Assembly (NCBI GenBank): GCA_051294375.1
Contig: JBJCIZ010000221.1
Span: 1-10,775, forward strand
Reading direction: 5' to 3'
Source: Paraspadella gotoi
Lineage: Eukaryota > Animalia > Chaetognatha
Length of the DNA: 10,775 bases
Shown here: positions 1 through 7,973 of the stretch, piece after piece
Position numbering within the stretch: the stretch's first letter is position 1
Layout: every line of letters starts with the position of its first letter
Notes under the pieces: generated by a model
The model's database searches: none
What the model saw: only the letters and a program-made list of their open reading frames with translations
What the model was told of the DNA's origin: nothing
Translations under genes and position numbers: made by a program

Positions 1-860
1 ATTCGTTTCGGGCGAGCGGGGATCAAGATTCCGAGTTTTCGCGCTTTTTTTTTGGTCAGGCCCAGTTTTCCATCAGAAAACCAAATAAAATATGATAAAT
101 GTGGTTATATTACGAAAGCGGGGCGTCTTGGGAAGCCGGTGCCGGTGGAGCATTTTGAAAATCTGGTCATCTTGATATGGTACGATGGACCCAAAGTGGA
201 CTGGTTTTACGGAGTTTGAGATTCCGTAACTTGGACTTACTCGTTCTCCTAGACTATACTAAATACATGGGTATGGTTACACAGTCAGATAGACTCTTGT
301 CTTCTCTAAAACAGGGTATCTTTTTTTTTTTAAATTTTACCAAGCTTGCTTGTTTAATTTAAAAATCCTGTGAACTGGTTTTTCGGGCATTATTTTCCAC
401 GTATCGCCGACCTCAATTATTTCTTCTAAACTGACTGAGAGATCAATTTCTGCGTTGTCTTATGTTTCTGGGTGGAGCAATCGTGGCGCAATCGTATTTT
501 TAAATGAAATACAATTAAATCCTCGACTTTTGTTCGCTCTGGGATTCTTTATACGGCCCTGAATGCGCATAACTTACGTTACCGCAAGAACCTAACAGAG
601 AGCCATGGCACTTCGTAGAGCCAGCCGCGGTTCACGAATCAGAGATTTTGTTAACTCGCGTGTTTATAAACATTATTCCCGCCCGATTTTTGAATTTTTT
701 TAACGAAAATTATAATGAAAAGATAGATTATACGTTAAATATGTACATTTATATTGTTTTTATGAACAAAAATTGAATGTTTTGTAAAACTGCGTCTCTT
801 TGACAAGGAGTTACGACGTCGATGGAGTTTGCAAAAACCTTCAACTATTTATACGAGCAC

Positions 861-1053
861 TAAAGACGCTGTCAGTTTTAGATCAGCGACATGGACAAAA
901 GATTACGTCTCAATGCTCATTTGCCGCGCCGACGAAAATAAACAAATTACAATGCGTAAAGAATTAGCACACTCAAAAATTTTACATTCATCGCTAGTGA
1001 TTATCTACTGATAATAAACTTTACGTTTTACAAGAAAAAAGTGTGCCCCTTTA
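861..1053 (+). repeat. 5' LTR
   Basis: Direct repeat of 2655-~2838. Manual alignment of 885-1043 with 2673-2829 gives 20 mismatches plus one 2-bp gap in 159 columns (~86%). Termini TAAAG…CTTTA are a 5-bp inverted repeat (compare the TGAAG start of the 3' copy). AATAAA near 1013. The PBS follows after 1 nt. The 5' boundary could extend further upstream. Confidence 0.8.
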
Positions 1054-1054
1054 A

Positions 1055-1067
1055 TGGTGAGCCCGAC
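1055..1067 (+). other. Primer binding site, tRNA-Trp-like
   Basis: TGGTGAGCCCGAC lies 1 nt after the LTR end and matches 12/13 to TGGTGACCCCGAC, the complement of the 3' end of the common animal tRNA-Trp (recalled, not searched). Confidence 0.7.
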
Positions 1068-1082
1068 TAAAAAGTATTCAAT

Positions 1083-1887
1083 GGCATTCCTGGAGTTTAA
1101 TACGCTCCAGAGGTCTATGGGAAAACAAAAAGCAATATTTTATTAGTTTAATTAGTTTTAAAAAAAAGTAAAACAGAATAGAGAAGAATAATTTTTGAGA
1201 AGAAAAAAAAATAAAAGGAATTAAGATATAATTTTTAAATATTTGTTATTGTCTTTATTATAATATTAAATTGAAAATTAAGGTTATAAATAAATTATAA
1301 TTATGTATAAGTTATGAAAAAGGGTGAATTAGAGTTAAAAATAAGTTAGGGTTAAGCTAAGGTTAAGAATGAGTTCAGGGTAAATTAAATTTAAGGGTAA
1401 ATTAGGGTTAAGGGTAAATAAAGATTAAGTTAAGGTTAATTTAATTTTAAAGATAAATTGGGGTTAGGGATAAGTTAGGGTTAAGGTTAAGTTAGGGTTA
1501 AGTTAGGGTTAAGGTTAAGTTTGGGTTTAGGTTAAATTAAAGTTAAATTAAGGTTAAATTAAGGTTAAGTTAAGGTTAAGGATAAGTTAAAGATGAGTTA
1601 AGGATAAGTTAGGGTTAAGAATAAGTTAAGGACAAGTTAAGGGTAAATTAAGGGTAAGTTAAGGTTAAGTTTAAAATTTCAGCATTCATATATTATAATT
1701 TTGATAAATTTAAAAAAAATAATATTATAATAATAATAAATTTATAAAAAATATAATTATAATATTTGATATAAAATTTTTAAAGAATTAAAAATAATCG
1801 ACAAAAATTTTTATAAATTTAATATTTTTTTATATTTTTCTTTATTTTCCCATAAGCCTCCCTAACGTATTAAACTCCAGGATCGCC
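1083..1887. mobile_element. Non-autonomous TIR element (MITE-like) with internal telomere-like array
   Basis: 43-bp terminal inverted repeats at 1083-1125 and 1845-1887 (35/43 matches), including a perfect 17-bp core TCCTGGAGTTTAATACG (1088-1104) / CGTATTAAACTCCAGGA (1866-1882). Termini GGC…GCC, very AT-rich non-coding interior, no TSD visible. Confidence 0.8.
1343..1671 (+). repeat. Degenerate telomere-like tandem array (TTAGGG / TTAAGG / TTAAG units)
   Basis: Exact TTAGGG at 1346, 1402, 1464, 1475, 1492, 1503 and 1609, interspersed with TTAAGG, TTAAG and TAAAT variants, organised as 11-bp (TAAGTTAGGGT) and 17-bp (TAAGTTAGGGTTAAGGT) higher-order units. G-rich on the + strand only. Confidence 0.9.
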
Positions 1888-1890
1888 TAA

Positions 1891-1996
1891 GATCTGGGAT
1901 TTTTTTCTCGACGACCTGCCGAATTTATCCCGGATGGCGCGCCGACGCCGATGCGCTGCTTCAAGCCCTGCGGGACATGCCACGCTTACCAATTTA
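1891..1996 (+). pseudogene. Gypsy integrase remnant, upstream fragment
   Basis: GC-rich island that translates to DLGFFSRRPAEFIPDG (compare the LRLPGEF motif that follows the Gypsy integrase core) and, in a shifted frame, DALLQALRD (compare the following helix). It is collinear with the downstream fragment. Confidence 0.6.
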
Positions 1997-2329
1997 AGGC
2001 GGAAAAAGGTAAAAACTAAGAGTTCTGTAATATATCACTGCGGGATAAAAACATTTTTTTAAAAATTAAGATTTTGTATAATTAATAATATAAAAATAAT
2101 TTCCAAATTCAGAATTTTTAAAAACGGATTCTGGTAGAGCATAAAAAAAAATATAAAAAATATTATTATAAGATTTCCAAATTTTACTGTTTTATTGGTT
2201 AAAATTAGTAAAAACTATAAAAATTATGGTACGATGATAATGATTTTTACGGGTTTTTTCCTTATTAAACCCAAAAACTCCTCAAAATATTGAAAAATGC
2301 ATTATACTTTGATCAATTTTGGCCCGCCT
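1997..2329. mobile_element. Short AT-rich insertion (probable MITE or DNA transposon remnant) splitting the integrase
   Basis: Abrupt AT-rich block between two GC-rich integrase pieces, bounded by TA|AGGCGG (1995-2002) and CCGCCT|TA (2324-2331). It can also be read as TTAA|GGCGG…CCGCC|TTAC. Removing it plus one TA restores an open frame. The TIR match is short. Confidence 0.6.
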
Positions 2330-2331
2330 TA

Positions 2332-2657
2332 CTGATCTTCCCCAAAATATCCCAGTCGGCTTACGAAGTTGCTGTTTCGCTCTCGTCCGCCGCAACGCCC
2401 ATCGGGGTCCTTTGGCTCAAATCTACGACAGCGTGTTCGAGATTGTCTCTTGCGGCGCCAAATTCTTCCGCCTCGACTTTGGGGGCCGCCTCGATGACGT
2501 CTCGGTCGACCGCCTCAAACCTTTCATCGATAACTTGGTCGGCGCCCCGACGTTCCCAGTGGCGCTTCCGAGACGCGGCCGGTCGGTTCGTCGTCCTCCG
2601 CTGCGCTACTCGAATCAATCCTCCGTCTCCTATCGGGACGTCTTGGGGGAGCCTTGA
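2332..2657 (+). pseudogene. Gypsy pol integrase C-terminal region (GPY/F-type module), truncated
   Basis: The ORF 2319-2657 translation IPVGLRSCCFALVRRNAHRGPLAQIYDSVFEIVSCGAKFFRLDFGGRLDDVSVDRLKPF…RRGRSVRRP follows the Gypsy pattern P..L..C..V.VRRD..R.PL...YDGPF.V..R..K.F......…VS.DRLKP…R.GR.VR.P and runs into the PPT/LTR. There is no genuine start: the ORF's first codons come from the insertion. Confidence 0.88.
2643..2654 (+). other. Polypurine tract (plus-strand primer)
   Basis: TTGGGGGAGCCT immediately precedes the TG (2655) at which homology with the upstream LTR copy begins. Confidence 0.75.
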
Positions 2658-2838
2658 AGACGGTTTCTGCTTAGCGACACGAACAAAAGATTCTGTTTCA
2701 ACGCTCATTTGCTGCGCCGACAAAAATAGACAAATTAAGACGCATAAAGAATTAGCACACTCAAAAATTTTACATTAGTTGCGCGTGATTATCTACTGAT
2801 AATAAACTTTGTTTTATGAGAAAAAAGTGCAAACTTTG
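2655..2838 (+). repeat. 3' LTR
   Basis: Starts TGAAGAC after the PPT, ~86% identical to 885-1043, AATAAA at 2801. Homology is clear to 2829 and the exact 3' end is uncertain. Confidence 0.8.
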
Positions 2839-5389
2839 TTAAATCTTATTATTGCTGTTAATTTTATGGAACCTGTCTCATTACAAAAAAAGCTTGTTTG
2901 TTTTCAAAATATTTTTTATTCCCTATGATTTTAATGACCCAAAAATAGAAAGTGGAAAGTTATAATATTTTTTATGACTGGTCATATAATTTGACCGAGC
3001 GAAAGAGAGAGTTGAGGAATAATATTTTTACTACGGTGGACTAAAATTCACCAATGGTTAATCAACGGCCATTGATGCTGGAGGCAAGTCATTCTAGCCC
3101 GGTGGTCGCCTAGCAGTTAAGAGGGATAGGGCGCTTAACCTGCCTATAACATGGTGTTACACCCTGATCCAAAGCTTAGGGACTACTTAATAAGCACTTT
3201 TAGAATTTTAATTAAAGTTAATTTAGAATTTTTACTACGCTTTTTTAAGCACTGCTTATATTGAATGGTTTTGTTACTAACTAATAACAATTATTACTGT
3301 CTCTTTAATACCTAACATAATACATAATAAATTGTATAACTATTTATTATTTTATATAGGATTGGGGTTATAATAATTGATTTATTTATTAATTAATTTT
3401 AAATTATGCTTAAGATATGCTGCTCTTTTTTTCAAACTTTATATTTATCTATAGGTAAGGCATAATGTTTTTTTTTAATATTGGCCTTTAAGACCTTGTA
3501 TCGGCGGTGGCGAGCGTCGCCGTAGGGGGAGACGGCTCAACGTCCGATGATTGGGAATGAAAATATCTTAGTTTAAGTTTCCCAAATTCACAATCGGGAG
3601 TCGCGACGACGGATAATTGAAGGAAAAAATCTGAATAAATATTCGTATACTACTCTCTCTCTTAGCTTTTAGACGATATATTAATTGTTTTGAAATGCTT
3701 TGATATTATTCTTTTTTTTGATGCAGCAAAGGCAACTGCTCGGTTTTCTAAACGCGGTTAAGAAGAAAAATATTTGAATACTTATTGTTAAATTTCATTC
3801 TAATACATAACTGTCAAAAATATTTTTAGAAGTATTTATTGGTAGTATAATAATGCTTCTGGCATGAAGTATATGGCATTTTGGGTAAACAAATTTCAAA
3901 GTAAGCAGATAAGATTTTGGTAAGTTACTGTTATGGTTTAATTTTTATTAAAACTTAATTTTATCAATAAATTTATTAACAATATTGTCAGATAATTGAA
4001 TTAATCATGTCAGATTTTTAAATGCATAATAAAAACGTCAAAAAGGTAAGAAATACATTAAGTATTTAACAATTTAAGCATATTCGTCATAATCTTCCTA
4101 AAATTTTGTTTTATTTACCTGAAAAAAAATTAAATGGGTTTAACTTGGATAGTGATAAAAAGCTTAAAATCAGGCGAATTGATGATAAGATAATAACACT
4201 GTCATGTTCAGAAACGATCAGTGAAAAATATTAACAAGTATATGGTATATAAGTATGGCTTTTATCATGTGCAATACAATGCGCGCTCATAAAAACGATT
4301 GTTTTAAAAACATCCACGACGCCTTGTAATTGCTTAAATTTTTTTTTTTTTCATTGTTTATAAAAATAGAAAAACAAAAAAAAAATTTTGGCACTCATTT
4401 TATTATTGTATATCAAATTGTTCAGACAAGGCAGGACGTTTTATCTCGATATAGGGTCCCAACCCTATAAGACTGTATTCTCGCCAGCAATGGAACAATA
4501 CTTGGGGTTTACCACACCCTAAAGGCGGTTTATGGCCTTCTTCCGCATCCCGTACCTTTGGGGATTAATTCAGGTACCTGTCAGTCATGAAGTGAAAAAA
4601 TGCGCCACTTTATAACCAAATTCCGACGCTCTAAAAGATATTTTTGAAAATTATATAATAAAAATAAATTAAAAAAAAAAAGAATCAATCAGGCACCGGA
4701 TCGACGGCGTGGCGGGTGGCGGACGAGTTAGAGGCGGTGGAAAGACGGCGCTTAGTGCGAGAGATCTCAGATGCTGTTGATATAGGACCAAGTGACGCCT
4801 GCAGGAGGATGTCGAGGTGACCGTTGAGTCGGTTCTCCGCCCTTTCCTCAAGATGATTCATATGGCATTCCAACTATTAATTTTACTGGACTCAACCGAG
4901 GGTGACGCCGACAGCCAGAGGCGGCGCCAACTCCGGGCGAGGTCGGGACAGAAATGTCCGCGTCCAATGCTTCATCTGGGAATGAATCCCTCCATGTTGA
5001 ATTCATTTTAAGAAAAGATAATTTTTTTTTACAAGAGTGTGAGAAAGTTGCATAAAAATGTTGCAAGACGTGTTCACCAGGTAAGGCCGGATAAAGGAGA
5101 GTAACCAGACTTTGGTTAAATGTCAGTGATGACTTGGTTGAGGTCAGTCTCCTTGTCGTTGTTGTTGTCACCGCAATGTATATATTACATTAAGCTAGTT
5201 ATAAATTAGGAATAAAGAGCTCACTGGTGGTAATGAAAACGGTGAATGCTCAAAGGGGTGCCATGGTAATCGTCGTCATCCAATTGTAAACCAATTTGTA
5301 TTAAATTATCATTCAATCGTTTTATCAGTAATCATTTCACCTCATTCTCTTATCAATTGCTTTTCTATATCAACATTTCCTTTCCGTAA

Positions 5390-5593
5390 TCAGTTCCGTA
5401 ATTTTCCGTTTATTTCTATTTGGCCCGGAATGATCGACACACACCACTCTCGTCGGCAAACGTAAAAGTTCTCACTCGCGAACAACTTCTTTATTCTTGG
5501 GTCATCTTCTGCGGTCCTTTGGATCCGAACCTTGATTTTGACGGTGACATATTGTGGCACATGATGGCAACTTCGTCTCGTCCAATTATTACT
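5390..5593 (-). pseudogene. Possible decayed coding fragment, weakly MATH/TRAF-domain-like
   Basis: Stop-to-stop frame of 67 codons: SNNWTRRSCHHVPQYVTVKIKVRIQRTAEDDPRIKKLFASENFYVCRREWCVSIIPGQIEINGKLRN*. The segment SENFYVCRREWCVSIIPG resembles, by eye only, the S..F.V....W.I...P.G strands of MATH domains. Confidence 0.2.
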
Positions 5594-6149
5594 TCAAGGA
5601 CCGCGACGGTCTCTTTCGACTGATGGTGTTGACGTTTGTTGGTTGGATGAGTCGTTATGTCTTATTTTTGTTTACGGTATATAGGTTTGTCGCTGCTGTT
5701 GGTCATTTTGTTGTCGTTTTAACTTACAGTATGATACAATTTATCTTAAGAATGTTTTTTTTCGTATAAATTTGAATTATAAGCTGGATGATCATCAAGC
5801 ATTAGCTCGTGAACTTTATACGTACTTTTCATAAGTTTCCCGATCACGATTTACGTCGCCTGAAAACGATTGAGATTTAAAGTTTAAAGACCGATGTCTC
5901 TGTTTTTTTTTATCTCGCTCTCAGTGAATCTTTCCATTATTTTCCTGACCCATCTCTCCCACTCTCGCGTGAAAATCTCTATTCTCCAACTTCACATTTT
6001 TCCGAGGTCCCTTCTCAATTCTCACTTGAAAGTGTGAGCGTTCTCGTCGGCTTTAACGCTCGAATTGAACTCGGCGGTATGTCTATGTTAATCGATTTTT
6101 CTTTCCTTCAATTCGTTTCGCTCGAAGATGGACGTTGTTTGAGTAATCG

Positions 6150-6730
6150 AGAAAGGGAGGAAAAGGGAAAAAGAAGGAAATGAGGAAGATAGAAGGAAAA
6201 AGAAATAGGAAGCGGTAGTAATGGAAAATGGAAAGGGAAGAAGATGGAGGGAGAAGGTCAGGAAAGAATAAGGTTGAAAAAATAGGAGTGCACAAAAAGG
6301 GAATGGAAAGGAGAATGAGGGAGAAAATAAGAAAGGAAAATGAAAGAAAAAGGAGAATGGAGGAGAAAAATAAGAAAGAAAAAAGGTTGAAGAAAAAAAA
6401 GAAGTGCCAAGAAGAAAAATGAGGGAAAAATATAGAAAGAAAAGGTTAAAGAAGGAAGTGCCAAAAAAGGGCGAAGAAAGAATAATGGGGAGGAAATAAA
6501 AGGAAAGTTGAAAGAAAAGAGGAGCCAAAAAGGGGAGGAAAGGAGAATGGAGGGAGATAAAATAAGGAAGGAAAAGTTGATAAGAAAAAGAATGTGCCAA
6601 AAAAAAGGGAAAAGAGATAAGAAGTAAGGAAAGAGAAAGATAGGGAATGAAGAGCAATTTCACAACATGAAGAAGAATTTGAAAGGTCATAAGAAAGGAA
6701 GTGATAAAACAAAGAAAGAAATAGGAAAGG
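6150..6730. repeat. Polypurine low-complexity tract containing a degenerate ~60-70 bp minisatellite
   Basis: Almost entirely A/G on the + strand. Recurring landmarks GTTGA/GTTAA at 6273, 6386, 6445, 6507, 6576, each followed by GTGCC-like motifs at 6288, 6404, 6458, 6522, 6594. Confidence 0.85.
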
Positions 6731-6843
6731 TCGAACCTCTCTCTCCCTTCCTGGTTGAAAGCCGTTTCCATTGACCTCCGGAAAGTCGTCCCTTCATGTA
6801 GCCTGCAAGGGTCATGCTTGGTTCTTCTCGTCAGGGATCACAT

Positions 6844-6844
<1 letters not shown>

Positions 6845-6878
<34 letters not shown>

Positions 6879-7146
6879 TCTCTCTCCTCTCTCTCTCTCT
6901 TACTTTCTGCTTTTTATCCATTGTCGCCTGTCACTTCTTTTCCCTCCTCCTTCTCCTCCCTCCCCTCTCTCCTCCTGCCGTCTTTTTCCTGCTCCTTTCC
7001 TCCTCCTGCCCACCTTTCCCTTCTCCCTTCTTTCCTCCCTTCCGCTTACCTCATCTCCCCCTTCATCTTTCTCCCTCTTGCTCCTCCCTCTCCTTCCTCA
7101 CCTCTCCTTCGTCCCTTCTGTCCTCTCTCCCTCTCCCTCTCCGCTT
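6845..7146. repeat. (CT)n microsatellite and polypyrimidine tract
   Basis: Perfect (CT)15 at 6845-6874 followed by ~270 bp of nearly pure C/T sequence. Confidence 0.9.
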
Positions 7147-7619
7147 CTGCACATCTCGTTCGTATAAGCAGTCCGCATAGGACTAACGATTCGACACGAG
7201 TAGCTCCTCAACTCCGAGCATTCCCTTCGGGCCCTTTCCGCACGAGGCGTTGACTTTGTTTTCATTGCATTGTATATTTCTTGAGGTTATTGCCCATGGT
7301 TGTACGACGTGGAAGAGATGTTTGTTCTGTTTGCGGAATTTTGAAGGCGGGAGGATTTCCCGATTCGATAGCGATGAGGGAAACAGTCAACTTGAGGGAA
7401 AGAGAGACGACGTTTCGTAGGAGAATGAATGTCGAGAGAACGGACTTTACGGAGAATGACGACTAGGCCTAGAAGCGGGAGATCGGAAGAAACAACTTAT
7501 GAGTAGGACACGTCGAATGCACTTATAGGAGACTGAACATACCGAAAAAAGCAAAGGATTAAAAGACAAACGAATTGAAACAAAAAACGAACGAACGATT
7601 AAAAAAGATTGGCGGAGAT

Positions 7620-7973
7620 TTAAGAGACTGACGGCCGGAATTGAATTGGACAAATGCTCAGAACTTCTATAGACAGAGAAAACGAACGAACGGACAGACA
7701 AATGGAGAGATAGACACAAGCGGACAAGTAGAGAGACAGAGCAGACTCGAACACTCGCGCTCTGGTCGCACGAATACTTCTACGCGTACGCTCCTCGGAT
7801 TTCCAATCAGTCTCAACGTCCGTCGTCTGGAGATAGGGAGCGATGGGGGGGTCGGGGATCAAGTCGGGGGGTTGGTATAGGGGCGTCGCAAGAATACCCG
7901 CTGTTGACATAATTACTACAATTTAAACCTCCGCGTACAGCGGTTTTCTTACCTTACCTCTGCCCGCTCCCAT
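7620..7973 (-). CDS. Candidate spliced coding segment, product unknown
   Basis: AAAACATGG start context at 7973, 16-nt exon, AG|GTAAG donor at 7957, and two AG acceptors (intron ending 7916 or 7901) that both join in frame to ORF 7910-7620 (AGILATPLYQPPDLIPDPPIAPYLQTTDVETDWKSEERTRRSIRATRARVFES…). The acceptors are weak and the 3' half is low-complexity. Confidence 0.22.

Larger units (their letters stand above)
861..2838 (+). mobile_element. Degenerate, internally deleted Ty3/Gypsy LTR retrotransposon with two nested DNA-element insertions
   Basis: Canonical order on the + strand: LTR (861-1053), PBS (1055-1067), integrase remnant (1891-1996 + 2332-2657), PPT (2643-2654), LTR starting TG (2655-~2838). 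Integrase lying last, directly before the PPT, is the Gypsy/BEL order, and the motifs are Gypsy-type. gag, PR, RT and RH are absent. No TSD was found, so the outer boundaries are approximate. Confidence 0.85.

Noticed and set aside
1-720. Moderately GC-rich stretch resembling the interior of a non-autonomous DNA transposon, plus ORF 177-362
   Set aside because: No TIR pair, TSD or protein motif is visible in the window (it may be cut by the window edge), so it cannot be supported without a repeat search.
829-1011. ORF 829-1011 and the similar C-terminus of ORF 2290-2778 (…KELAHSKILH) looking like paralogous proteins
   Set aside because: The similarity is just the two LTR copies translated in the same frame, and the region is non-coding.
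1343-1671. True telomere or CRISPR-like array
   Set aside because: Internal, highly degenerate and enclosed by TIRs. There is no repeat-spacer organisation.
2290-2778. ORFs 2290-2778 (+) and 2361-2723 (-)
   Set aside because: Shadow frames of the GC-rich integrase remnant. Only the 2319-2657 frame carries recognisable motifs.
3095-3185. tRNA/SINE-like start (GGTGGTCGCCTAGCAGTTAAG) with small hairpins
   Set aside because: No B-box (GTTCGA) at a suitable distance and no cloverleaf.
3545-3634. C/D box snoRNA (CGATGA…CTGA)
   Set aside because: Box C is imperfect and there is no terminal stem.
4450-4469. Hairpin TATAGGGT-CCCA-ACCCTATA as a Helitron 3' end or terminator
   Set aside because: No CTRR at the expected distance on either strand, and an isolated 8-bp stem is expected by chance.
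6110-6120. Motif ATTCGTTTCG recurring at 1, 6111 and 8549
   Set aside because: Only 10-12 bp with no extended flanking homology, so it is compatible with chance in sequence rich in TTCG/CGAA words.
6083-7253. Cluster of long F/L/S/P-rich and K/E/R-rich ORFs (including the 227-aa 'membrane-like' one)
   Set aside because: Artefacts of polypurine/polypyrimidine DNA that lacks stop codons in several frames.
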